Virus record (IMG/VR): IMGVR_UViG_3300002168_000002 | Coordinates: 1-64,000 of that record | Length of the DNA: 64,000 nucleotides | Origin: a virus | Taxonomy: Duplodnaviria; Caudoviricetes | Reading direction: 5' to 3' (one strand) | Shown: positions 19,072-29,235 of the stretch, one piece after another | Numbering within the stretch: the first letter of the stretch is position 1 | Layout of the letters: each line of letters opens with the position of its first letter | Program-made: the position numbers and the translations under genes | The notes under the pieces: generated by a model | The model's database searches: none | What the model was told of the DNA's origin: nothing | Seen by the model: the letters and a program-made list of their open reading frames with translations, nothing else

Positions 19072-19143
19072 AGCCGTCCAGGCGGCTATAAACAGTGCAT
19101 TAAACCTGGAGCGTTTACGGGGAATAATCCCCGTAAGGTTGCA
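19072..19143 (+). ncRNA. pistol self-cleaving ribozyme
   Basis: P1 AGCCG/CGGCT; loop TCCAGG pairs with CCTGGA (pseudoknot); UAAA linker; P2 TGCA/TGCA; UUAAA; GCG; P3 TTTACGGGGA/TCCCCGTAAG; G-U cleavage site at 19138/19139. Confidence 0.88.
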
Positions 19144-19178
19144 AAAAAATTAATATAAATTAATTAGGAGGTTTTAAA

Positions 19179-19439
19179 ATGTTAAAATGCAGGTTTAAAA
19201 ATCAGTTTGATTTTACTATTAACACAGACGCAAAAATTATTCAATGGGGAAATATAGAGGGAGAATTAAAGCAGTTTTTTGACGGTATAACAGGTGAAAT
19301 ATCATCAATTGCAGGGGTAAAAGGTTACAGCGAATACCTAAAAGCATATAGTTATATTACTCCAAATATTTACAAAAAAGACATAACAGAATGTAACGAC
19401 TGGGACAAGCTAAACCAATTATTTACAGTATTAATATAA
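19179..19439 (+). CDS. hypothetical protein directly downstream of the ribozyme
   Basis: 86 aa, RBS GGAGG. Confidence 0.75.
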   Translation: MLKCRFKNQFDFTINTDAKIIQWGNIEGELKQFFDGITGEISSIAGVKGYSEYLKAYSYITPNIYKKDITECNDWDKLNQLFTVLI

Positions 19440-19502
19440 AAAAAGGAGGTTTTAAAATGGCAAGTTCTGTTAGCTATGTTATGTTAGCTAACAAAAAATA
19501 CA

Positions 19503-19552
19503 GGAGGTAAATTCCTTTGAAACATATATTAGTAAACATTTACAAGCTTGGT
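19503..19552 (+). repeat. 50-bp duplicate of the RBS and start of the 20691 gene (gene remnant)
   Basis: GGAGGTAAATTCCTTTGAAACATATATTAGTAAACATTTACAAGCTTGGT also occurs at about 20678. Confidence 0.9.
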
Positions 19553-19671
19553 AATGGTAACAGATAAAAATAGCAGGAAGAGGATAAAACCTTTTCCTGC
19601 TATTTTTTTTATTTAACAGGTTGATTTTTATACCTGTTAGAAGTTAGTATTATATATAACGATTAAAGGAG

Positions 19672-19923
19672 ATGTTAATAATGGCAAATATAGGGAATAT
19701 CAAAAAAGAGAATAACGGCAAATATCCTTCTTTTGTTTGGCCTGGCGGATATCCTTTATTTTATTTAGACGAAGAAAACAATTGTTTGTGTCCTGATTGT
19801 GCAAATAAAGAAGATGAGTATAGCAGTCCTATTGTAGCATATGATATAAACTGGGAAGATGATTTACTTTATTGTGATGATTGTGGTAAAAGAATTGAAT
19901 CAGCATATGGAGAAAATGAATAA
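19672..19923 (+). CDS. small zinc-binding phage protein (WPGGYP motif)
   Basis: CPDC...CDDC. Confidence 0.8.
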   Translation: MLIMANIGNIKKENNGKYPSFVWPGGYPLFYLDEENNCLCPDCANKEDEYSSPIVAYDINWEDDLLYCDDCGKRIESAYGENE

Positions 19924-20157
19924 CAGAAAATCTTACTGCCTGTTGAGTTCTATACTTAACAGGCAAATTTTTTTATTTGAAGGTTTATTTTTTAATCCTT
20001 CAAAAGTTAGTATTATATATAACAGAAAAGGAGTTGTTTTTAATGAAAACAAATTAAAGGCTATAATTGAAGAATCAGAAACAGGAAGGTTTTATAACTT
20101 TCCTGCTAATTTTTTATTTATAAGTTAGTAAAAAAAAACAGAAAGGATGTTTTATTT

Positions 20158-20505
20158 ATGTTTTTAAGAGCTAACAGGAATAATTTAAGGAAATATGCAA
20201 AAGAAATTTTAGGAGTAGAATATACTCCCGAAAAAGAAAAAGAATTAATTAATATTTGTACAAAAGATTCTTATAAAAACTATCGTGGTGGTTATGAGCA
20301 TAAGTCTTTTGCTATCACAAAATACATGAAAAAAATTGATAAAATTATTGGAACTTTTGGAGTAGAAAATTTATTTCCCGAAATCCCTGATCTTTTCTAT
20401 TGCAATGCGGGAGATACTTACAGCACAACAATTTTACATTATAAAGATAAATTATATATAGGTTGTTGGGGCGATATTGCAGAAAAATATTTAAAAAATA
20501 TTTAG
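20158..20505 (+). CDS. hypothetical phage protein
   Basis: 115 aa, RBS. Confidence 0.8.
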   Translation: MFLRANRNNLRKYAKEILGVEYTPEKEKELINICTKDSYKNYRGGYEHKSFAITKYMKKIDKIIGTFGVENLFPEIPDLFYCNAGDTYSTTILHYKDKLYIGCWGDIAEKYLKNI

Positions 20506-20517
20506 CTTCATAGCTAC

Positions 20518-20544
20518 TTTACATTTTAACCTTCTGTATTACTA
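20518..20544 (+). promoter_or_regulatory. phage promoter class 2 (TTTACR-N13-YATTACTA), first of 6 copies
   Basis: other copies at 20936, 21648, 23785, 35461, 36429, all with a 13-nt spacer. Confidence 0.75.
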
Positions 20545-21040
20545 ACATAATATAGGAGGTTTTCTGCTATTTAAACAGTAGCTAACAAAATTTTTTAATC
20601 CTTCAAAAGTTAGTATTATATATAATTGCCCGGCAGCCTTATATCCCGGGCAAAAACAAATATAAAATTAATGAAAGGAGGTAAATTCCTTTGAAACATA
20701 TATTAGTAAACATTTACAAGCTTGGTTTGACAAATACCAAGCTTGAAAATGGAACAAAAATAAAAAATTTAAAAGTAAGTGTAGGAAATTTCCCCAACAA
20801 GTGTTGGGGAAAAATAGAGGCGGAAGTTAATGGCAGGGTTGTGAAATATCAGTATGTGTTACCTTGCCAAAATTGCCGTGGTTGCGACTAACTATATCTG
20901 TGAAAAAAGAGATTGTGAAAATTGCAATGAATAGCTTTACGTTCCCTTTCCCTGCATTACTATATAGTAGTGCGTAGTTTACTTTTTAGCAAGTTGTAAG
21001 TTAGTATTAAATAACAGAAAATAACAAAGGAGGAATAAAA

Positions 21041-21535
21041 ATGCAAGGGAAATTTTTTGGACATCAACAAATGGGTCGTCCTTGTCCCCACTGCGGGACG
21101 CCATTAATAATGGCAGATTATGACGATAGTTGTTATGTTTTCCCCGGCAGGTTACATAAGCCCTGCCAGTGGGGTCAAAACGGAAAGGTGGTCGTCTCTG
21201 TTTACGCAAGGAACCCAATTTGGGTTCATGTCATTGTGCGGGGAGTCAAGAAAAAGGATGGCATCACTTCAATAGATGCCACCCTCGACAAATTTAATTT
21301 TCATATTGAGTCCCCGTCCCCCAAAGAGGAATTTAAAAAGCATTTGAAGGGCTGGGAGCGTTGCCCTGATTGTGGGGCAATGTTAGAGTTTGACATCGAG
21401 AGAAAATTAGGCAATGTAACTACATATGTAGGATATTGCCCAGAAAGAAATACCAGGGAAAAAATAGAAAGATTACCTGGATGTAAAAAGTGTAACGATA
21501 CTATCCACGGCGGGCATTTTATGGATTTAGATTAG
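21041..21535 (+). CDS. zinc-ribbon hypothetical protein, GC-richer than its surroundings
   Basis: CPHC, CPDC, CKKC; RBS AGGAGG. Confidence 0.75.
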   Translation: MQGKFFGHQQMGRPCPHCGTPLIMADYDDSCYVFPGRLHKPCQWGQNGKVVVSVYARNPIWVHVIVRGVKKKDGITSIDATLDKFNFHIESPSPKEEFKKHLKGWERCPDCGAMLEFDIERKLGNVTTYVGYCPERNTREKIERLPGCKKCNDTIHGGHFMDLD

Positions 21536-21715
21536 GTTAAACAGAGATAATCTGATTATGCAAAAAATCATAACTCGCATCCTGAGCTATTAGAAGATAT
21601 TGCAATTAATACACTACTATATTAAGTTTATATTTTGACATCCTAGCTTTACATTTCCTTGCTATGTATTACTATATATATAACAGCAGGGAATAAAGAA
21701 AGGAAGTGTTAAAAA

Positions 21716-22129
21716 ATGATATTTTATCATACAACAAGCAAGAAAGAAATTAACAGCGTTATTCCTTCTGTTTCCTCCCGTTTTTCTTCAAAGAAATACG
21801 CCTGCCTGTCCACCTCTGTCAAGCAAGCAGAGTTTTGGGCAACAATGATTGCCCGGAGCAGGTGCTTTGATGAAGAGACAGTCGCTTGGGAAAAAGGGGA
21901 ATTCTATATTTACAGCATAGAAGTCCCCGACAATGAACTTGTTGAGAATTGCCCGGGCCATTATCATTTTGAAAAGCCGGGACAATTCATGAAAGCAATC
22001 GATGTAACAGAACACATCGACTGTGACGGAGAGGTCAATATTTATAAAGAAGTGCCAATTATTGCTTTGATTAAAAAAGTAACAACTGGAGATTTCGGAA
22101 AAATTATGCAGAAAGGAGTGAATGTATAA
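21716..22129 (+). CDS. possible ADP-ribosyltransferase-fold protein
   Basis: FYHTT...ACLSTS...YIYSIE...GEV pattern. Confidence 0.35.
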   Translation: MIFYHTTSKKEINSVIPSVSSRFSSKKYACLSTSVKQAEFWATMIARSRCFDEETVAWEKGEFYIYSIEVPDNELVENCPGHYHFEKPGQFMKAIDVTEHIDCDGEVNIYKEVPIIALIKKVTTGDFGKIMQKGVNV

Positions 22130-23031
22130 TGCCCGGATTCAGGACAAAATTATCACAAAAATTAGCCACACGTTTTCCTGATTGTGATGAAGGATACTTT
22201 TCAAACAAGAAAGGTTTTATTCTACTCTATTGCAAAAAATGCTCTAAACCACGTTATGATCGAAGTACCAAACCAATATCAGTCGGCTTCGATCATACTG
22301 ATACTATTTGGGTGAGACGTGATCACTCAATAGATCAGTGTAATTGTGAGTAATATAAGCACTAGTGCATATAACAAGCTGGTTATGAGTATTTTTTACC
22401 TTCCCTGAATTGAATGCAGGGAAAGGGTTTTAGGAACGTGTTCCGGCTTAACAAAAACCGTTGCAAAAACTAAAAAAAATAAAGAAAAACAAGCCAGCCC
22501 GGGGCTGGATAATACCGGGCAAAGAAAGGGGTTATTAATGAGTACAAAAATTACTGAAGAACAATTTAAAGAAGCACAAAGTGTTCTGCCCTATACATGT
22601 CCGGGCAGAACTAAGATATCCTTTATTAAAAAAGGATACCTTGAAGACCAGGAACTTTTAAAAGAGCTGAGAACGTTTAAGCTCTTTGAGGGAAGGTATA
22701 GATACCTTCTTAAAGCGCTAAAAGACATTATTTACGAAGGTGAGGTTACCTATAAAGATATACAAGAAATCTTAGGTAACCTTAGGTAACGTGCCCTTCG
22801 GTTAAGAAAAAAGCCGTCCCTGTGAGTGTCCTTTTGAATAGAGGGGTTTGTCCCCTCTATTTTTTTTATCTAAATTTTAAGGAGTTAGAAATAAAAAATA
22901 TAAAAAATGCTTTACATTATTTCTGCCAAAATTTTTTTTGGCTATTATTATTGTAGAAAAAAAGGAGTTGATTTTAAACTATAGCAAGAGAATTCCAGGT
23001 GTTTTCGGATTTTTAACAAGGAGGGTTTAAT

Positions 23032-23172
23032 ATGAAGTATAAAATAAAAGTAGAAGTTAATATTGCAGATGTAATGAAAAGCAGAGGAGGAAGGAGTACG
23101 ACAATTTACAAAGATAAAAAGAAATATACCAGAAAAAAGAAGCATAAAAATAAAGATTTTGATTTTGATTAA
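23032..23172 (+). CDS. 46-aa basic peptide with ArfA-like tail
   Basis: not in ORF track; RBS AAGGAGG; ...KDKKKYTRKKKHK... Confidence 0.55.
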   Translation: MKYKIKVEVNIADVMKSRGGRSTTIYKDKKKYTRKKKHKNKDFDFD

Positions 23173-23468
23173 CAGAAAAGGAGGTATATTTTTATGCTTT
23201 TAAAAGACATAAAGGCAAGTATTTTTAATAGAGATGCAGTAACAGCTAATATACACAAAAGGTGAAACAATAGTTTTACCCTATTTACCAGAAATGAAAA
23301 CAGCAAAGAACATAACAATTTATGTAAATGATGATGAAGAGATAGTGGATATAGTAATAAACTTATAGGCAGGATTAATTTTCTGCCTATTTTTTTATTT
23401 AATAGTTGATTTTTTGTTTATTTGCAAGTTAGTATTATATATAACAAAATGAAAAGGAGTGTTAATTT

Positions 23469-23780
23469 ATGGAAACAATTAAGTTATACCATGCAACATC
23501 TTCAATTGATATAGCTTTTGAAATTGAAAAAAATGGATTTAGAGGTAACAATATTTGGGAATATAAAGATGTAGTATTTTTTGCGGATAAACCTTTAAAA
23601 GGATTTGGACGTTGGCAAGATGTCTGGGTTGAAATAGAAATTCCTAAAGAATTTCTTAATCTGGGAGTTTACGATGAAAAATTTTGGGATGATGATCAAT
23701 ACAATGCATCTTGTTACTGCTTCAAATCTGATTTTGTCAATCAATTTAATAGAAAAGTATATTTCAATAAAGAATATTAA
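23469..23780 (+). CDS. hypothetical protein, weak ART-like fold
   Basis: KLYHATS...IEKNGF...VFFAD. Confidence 0.3.
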   Translation: METIKLYHATSSIDIAFEIEKNGFRGNNIWEYKDVVFFADKPLKGFGRWQDVWVEIEIPKEFLNLGVYDEKFWDDDQYNASCYCFKSDFVNQFNRKVYFNKEY

Positions 23781-24047
23781 CAAGTTTACATTTTTGGTTT
23801 ATGCATTACTATATAAGTATAGACAATTATTTTTTAAGGAGAAATAAAAATAAGCAAGAAATGTTTTTGATTTTGGGTATTACAGTTTTCCAAAAAGAGT
23901 AGAAGGGACTGATAAAATATTTGAATGTGAAAATTGGCACGATGAAGAGAAAAAGGCTTGTTTTTGGGTAGACGAATTTGGAGAAATGGAAACAGGAATT
24001 AGAATGTAATTTAATAAAATGACTATTTTATAAGGAGGTTTAACAAA

Positions 24048-24437
24048 ATGCCAAAAGGAAATGTTTACCAGTGGAATTATAAGAAACTGGACAGATTAAC
24101 AGGAGGTATTAAAGAGTTTGTAAGTAAACCAGAAAATTACAAAAAGATTAAAAATGAACCATTTATGGATTTAGTTATTGAATGTATTGGAGAAAATATT
24201 ATTTCCCTTGCTCATTATTATGAGCAAGGCGGTGATCTAATACCAGATCCAGATATGGAAATTAAAGTAATGCCTGAATTTGAAGCAGTTGAAGTCTTAG
24301 CATATCAAGACAATTTTAAATATCAAAAAGTATATACAGAAGACGGTAAAAGCTATTACCCAAAATTGAGAAAAGAATTAAATTCATTCTTAAATTTTTG
24401 GCTTAACAATTTGAAAAAGCAAGGGTTTTATAAATAA
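24048..24437 (+). CDS. DUF1249/DUF6908-like protein
   Basis: SLAHYYEQGGDLIPDPDME, YQD, FLNFWL. Confidence 0.7.
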   Translation: MPKGNVYQWNYKKLDRLTGGIKEFVSKPENYKKIKNEPFMDLVIECIGENIISLAHYYEQGGDLIPDPDMEIKVMPEFEAVEVLAYQDNFKYQKVYTEDGKSYYPKLRKELNSFLNFWLNNLKKQGFYK

Positions 24438-24455
24438 ATAACAGGAGGTAATACA

Positions 24456-24584
24456 TTGACATTACAAGAATATTTTTTTGGTTGGTATGTAACATTTGTT
24501 TGCATGTATAGATTTTTACCTTATCTACTCCTTGCAATTCCTTTTAGTATTCTTTTAACGAAAATAATCAAAATAGAAATATAA
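24456..24584 (+). CDS. 42-aa hydrophobic peptide, paralog of 28818-28946
   Basis: RBS AGGAGG, TTG start; ungapped similarity to its paralog. Confidence 0.6.
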   Translation: MTLQEYFFGWYVTFVCMYRFLPYLLLAIPFSILLTKIIKIEI

Positions 24585-24644
24585 AAATGCAAAAGAAAGT
24601 ATAATATAAAAAAAAATAATAATATAAAATTAGGAGGTATAACT

Positions 24645-25313
24645 ATGAGTAAAAAAATAATTGCTAGAGAAGTACGTCCAGAATGTATTGATTTTAGTTA
24701 TTACTTTGACGATGATGGATTAACTAATGCTGGAGGAGAAAATTGTGCAGTATATATTATTCCAGGAGACAGGAGGTATTATGACGGTTTTAATATGCAA
24801 GAATATAAAGAAATAGAAGAACAAGCAAAAGAAATTATTAGTGGTTTTGAAGATGTTTTAGATGGTTATGATTTAACATACAAACAGGTTATGGAAGATA
24901 ATGGAATTGTTTATAACAGCAGAAGGTGTCATCTACTTAAAAAGTGGGTTGAAAATGCAAACATAGCCTATATAGATTGTATAGCAGAATTTTTAACTAT
25001 TATAACAGGCGAAAAATGGAATGTAAAAGCGTTTACAGGATTTTCACAAGGTGATTATTGTGAAGTGGTATATTGTGAAAAACATTATACAGAAGAACAC
25101 ATAGTAGAAATTGGAAAGTTTTGGTTAGGTTGTGGCACAGAATTTTGCATTGATGGTATTTACGGTTATTATGTTATTGATAATATAAGATGGGCAGAAG
25201 ATGAAAAATTGGTTAATTATTTAGCTGAATGTTATGGTTGTAAGCCGGAAAATTTGGAAGTGTATCTTTATAAAAGTGAACATGAAGATTATGAATTATT
25301 AAGGAGTGTGTAA
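24645..25313 (+). CDS. hypothetical acidic phage protein
   Basis: 222 aa, GFSQGDY motif. Confidence 0.8.
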   Translation: MSKKIIAREVRPECIDFSYYFDDDGLTNAGGENCAVYIIPGDRRYYDGFNMQEYKEIEEQAKEIISGFEDVLDGYDLTYKQVMEDNGIVYNSRRCHLLKKWVENANIAYIDCIAEFLTIITGEKWNVKAFTGFSQGDYCEVVYCEKHYTEEHIVEIGKFWLGCGTEFCIDGIYGYYVIDNIRWAEDEKLVNYLAECYGCKPENLEVYLYKSEHEDYELLRSV

Positions 25314-26776
25314 TTAATGCAATATAAAAAACAACATTATCAAAAATGTCCTAGGTGTAATAAAGAGGGATGGAAAAATGATTATATTTGCCATAAACAT
25401 AAACCAGCAACAAAAGATTCTGTAAAAAAAAAGAGGGTGAAATAATTGAAACAACGTATCAGTGATAAAAATTTATTTTATATAATGTTATTTATTCAAA
25501 AGGGAATATCAGAAATTACACTAAGAAATATTTTAAAAAGAAATAAGTCATTAAAATAAAAATATAAAAAAAGGAGTTGATAAAATGGAATTAACAAAAA
25601 CAGAAATAAGAGTTTTAAGGAATTTGCACCTAACTGGCGGAACAGGAAAGATGGGAAGCATGAGTTTAAAACAAAGAAGGGAATTAATTAGAGGGTTATT
25701 AGCAAAAGGATTGATAGATGAAAGAGCAAAGTTAACAAAAAAAGGAATTGAAGCAAGTTTACCGTCAAATATCAAAAGGCAGGATTAATTTCTCCTGCCT
25801 ATTTTTTTATTTAGTGGTTGATTTTTATATCTATTAGAAGTTAGTATTATATAAGGAGATGATCAAATGGAAAACAAGGAACAAATTCTTTCAGTTGGCG
25901 AAGTTGTAAAAAGCAATAGTTCTTATGGAAATTGGGTTGTACCGTATGATATTTACATCCCTATTGGCAATAGAAGAATAACAAATTTAAGGTTTTTCTT
26001 TAAGAAAAAAGATGCTACAAAATGGGTTGAAGAACAGAAGAAATTATTAACTGAGGAGGATTAACAAAATGAAAAAATTTGTTGAAATGGAAAGGGAAAA
26101 ATTTGGGGAAATGTTAAAAGATACAGAATTTGATTGGTTGCTTTACCATTTCCCTATCCTGAATCAGTTTTTGAATAATATTGTTATAACAGGATTTTCT
26201 CCTGGTGGAGATAATTACAATAACGATCAGGCGATTATACTTGACATAAACGACCCAAAGATAAGGTACATAATAAAATATTTAGGGGATGATGGAATAG
26301 GAGATATGATAATATATGAGAAGAAAGAAATATTTTGTTCTTATTGAAACTTCAGCGATAAAGAATATAACTTAATTACTTACAAAGAAGAGACTTTTTT
26401 AGTCTTAACAGCAGGAGATTAATTTCTCCTGCTAATTTTTATTTAGTAACAAAAATTTTAAGGAGGCTATAATAGAATGATATACAGCGATGTAATAAAA
26501 AATAATTGGCATTTATTATTACCTAAAAAGAAAAAATATACAAAAACAGATATCAAAAAAATACTTAAAAAAATTAATGTATCAGAACAAATTGCAAGGT
26601 TTATTGTTTTGTGTACTGCAATATATTATGATACAACTTGTAGTATATATATTTATAATTATAACAACACTAAAAATCAAATTAAAAGAATGATATAAAA
26701 TCACGATTCAGTTAAAATTAGGTTTACTTTTTTGTGGTTAGTAAGTTAGTATTATATGAGATTAAAATAAAAGGAG

Positions 26777-27292
26777 TTGATCAAAATGAAAGAATGTAAG
26801 AGATGTAATGGACAAAAACAAATTGAAAATTTAAGTGGAGGGTATAGGATTTGCTATGCTTGTAATGGAGAAGGTTATTTCCCTAAACCAGATTATAAAC
26901 AAATTCTTATTGACATAACAGGAACAAAAGGGAAAACAAAAGGAACATTGCGAAAAAGCCCTCCATTTAAAACAAGAGAAAGGAACAATATAAGAGCAAA
27001 AAGAGCTTATTATGTTTGGAGATTAGCGAGGTTTCATGGTGGAGCAGATGTAACAATGCCTATGAATGCAGAATTTGACATTGCAGGAGATCCTTATGCA
27101 GATGAACTTGATAAATTTTCAGGATTGGTTGCGGAAAAGGTTTTTGGAAGTCAAATGGCAGCAGCATATAGATGGGGATCAGTTTTAGGATATGTTAAAA
27201 ATGTACCATTAGGTCAACCAAATTCAGCATATGAAAGTGGAAGGGTTGCAGATAACAATAAACCATTAGAAGAACTTGCAGAAATGTTTTAA
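26777..27292 (+). CDS. hypothetical protein with DnaJ-like CxxCxGxG zinc finger
   Basis: CKRCNG...CYACNGEG. Confidence 0.75.
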   Translation: MIKMKECKRCNGQKQIENLSGGYRICYACNGEGYFPKPDYKQILIDITGTKGKTKGTLRKSPPFKTRERNNIRAKRAYYVWRLARFHGGADVTMPMNAEFDIAGDPYADELDKFSGLVAEKVFGSQMAAAYRWGSVLGYVKNVPLGQPNSAYESGRVADNNKPLEELAEMF

Positions 27293-27369
27293 CCTATATT
27301 AACAAAATAAAAGGAGTTGTTAAAAATGAATATTAAAAGGCAGGATTAATTTCCTGCCTAAATTTTTAT

Positions 27370-27398
27370 TTGACAGGATTTTATTAAAGTGCTAAAAT
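27370..27398 (+). promoter_or_regulatory. sigmaA promoter
   Basis: TTGACA-N17-TAAAAT with TG. Confidence 0.75.
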
Positions 27399-27427
27399 AA
27401 AAATATCAATTTAAAGGAGGATTTTCA

Positions 27428-28528
27428 ATGGAGAGATTTAACAAAACAGTAACGGCAAAGAGGATCTCTCGTGATGTAACGGAGGACAAAATTAATCTTA
27501 ACTGTATCATTCAAAGAGGTGAAGCATGGAATAATTATCAGAAGTCTTTACTTATTCATTCTATGCTTAGTGATTTTCCTGTACCGCCTCTTTTTGCACA
27601 GGAACAGGAAGGAGATTCAATACTTCATGTGCTTGATGGCAAACAGCGAATTTTAACTATTAGCCAATATTTAACAGATGGATTTATCCTGCATGACAAT
27701 ACGCCAAAATTTAATGGGCAAAAAATTGCAGGATTAAAATTTTCCGAACTAGAAGAAGAAATGCAAGATAAAATCAAGGATTTTAATTTACTAATATATT
27801 ATTTTAGGAATATGTCAGAGCAAGAACGTGATGAAATGTTTTTGCGCTTGAATAACGGAAAATCTCTTTCTAGAATTGAGTTAACCAGAGTAGAAGCAGG
27901 ACAGGAATTTATGGAATACGTTAGAGAACTTGCACAAAATTCTTTCTTTCAAAATTGCAATTTTACGGCATCTGCATTAAACAAGTTTGCAGATGAAGAA
28001 GTAATTTTACATTGTATAAATATGTTACTTTATGATGGTATGGATGGTTTGTCAGGAAAGGTTATTTCTGACATGGTAAAAGATTTAAAAGTAAATGGAT
28101 TAACAGAAGTAGACAAGAAAAATTTAACAGATACAGTTGAATTTCTGAATATAGCATTCACGGAAAAAGAAAAATTTTTAAAGAAAGTTAACATTCCTAT
28201 TATTTTCTATGTTGCTATGCAGGTAAAGGATGATATACCTGCAACAGAATTTTACTTGAAGGTTAGGGAGTTTTTCAAATCTCCAACAGAAGAATATAAA
28301 GAAGCAGCACAGACAGCTAGCGCAAAGGCTGAAAATGTGCAGACAAGAATTGAAGAACTTTCTAACTATATAGAGCAGTTTTTAACAAGCGAACAAGAAC
28401 AAGAAGAAGAACCAGAAGAAGAATTTCAAGAGGAAAAACAAGAAGAAAATTTTATTGATGAAGAACAGGATGCAATACATGAACTTGAACAACAATACGG
28501 CACAGAGTTTGCACAGCTAGGAATCTGA
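27428..28528 (+). CDS. DUF262 (ParB/GmrSD-like) protein with acidic tail
   Basis: IQR...W, LIHS, VLDGKQR, FLRLNNG. Confidence 0.85.
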   Translation: MERFNKTVTAKRISRDVTEDKINLNCIIQRGEAWNNYQKSLLIHSMLSDFPVPPLFAQEQEGDSILHVLDGKQRILTISQYLTDGFILHDNTPKFNGQKIAGLKFSELEEEMQDKIKDFNLLIYYFRNMSEQERDEMFLRLNNGKSLSRIELTRVEAGQEFMEYVRELAQNSFFQNCNFTASALNKFADEEVILHCINMLLYDGMDGLSGKVISDMVKDLKVNGLTEVDKKNLTDTVEFLNIAFTEKEKFLKKVNIPIIFYVAMQVKDDIPATEFYLKVREFFKSPTEEYKEAAQTASAKAENVQTRIEELSNYIEQFLTSEQEQEEEPEEEFQEEKQEENFIDEEQDAIHELEQQYGTEFAQLGI

Positions 28529-28817
28529 GCTAACAAGGCAAATATAAGGGCAAAAACATGATTATTTAATTAGGTTTTTGCCCTTAATTGCCTTCAAATT
28601 TTAAAACGAATACTCTAACCTTGCTTATTATTTTTAAAGCCCAAAATGGGGCAAATTTTACGTTATAATAGGAGGGTTTTTATATGTTAAATTGCCAAAG
28701 ACAAAATTATAATCATTCAAAGTTGCCTGTTCCTGGTGCTATTGGATATATGTCAATTACCCCTCCTAAACCACAAGCGGCTATAGAAGGGGTCTTTTTG
28801 CCAAAGGAGAGATAAAA

Positions 28818-28946
28818 TTGACTATAATAGAATACTTAACAGCAATACAAGTCATGTTTTTGGTTGTTTGGCGCATGTTGCCTTTTATGCTAATTGCTCT
28901 TCCTTTAACAATTTTAACATTAAAAATATTTAAATTGCAAATATAA
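28818..28946 (+). CDS. 42-aa hydrophobic peptide, paralog of 24456-24584
   Basis: RBS AAGGAG, TTG start. Confidence 0.6.
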   Translation: MTIIEYLTAIQVMFLVVWRMLPFMLIALPLTILTLKIFKLQI

Positions 28947-29235
28947 ATAATAAGAAAGAAATGTGTATAAAAGAACTACTTTATATTATATTGTTTATTA
29001 GAGGTATGATAACAGAAAAATATTTGAGGAAAATTTTAAAAAGGGGTTAACTTTTTGGAGTATGGAAAGTTAGTATTATATAGAACAACAAAAGGAGTGA
29101 TTAAAACAAAATAAAAGTTAGTTTTATCCAATGAAAAACTTAAAAATTTTTGAAAATTAGTATTGACAGGATAAAGGAACATATGGCTGGACTGAATTAA
29201 TGTTTAAATAATAAAATAATAGGAGGTTAACAACA

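Noticed and set aside
19859-20128. 89-aa ORF
   Set aside because: Runs through two terminators and a class-1 promoter; chance read-through of regulatory DNA
22351-22393. Twister-like motif (TAA...GC...AAGC...GAG)
   Set aside because: Loop 4 is too long and the pseudoknot pairings do not fit
28591-28665. Similarity to 12301-12400 (AAAACGAATAC versus GTATTCGTTTT)
   Set aside because: Short and AT-rich; cannot be separated from chance without an alignment
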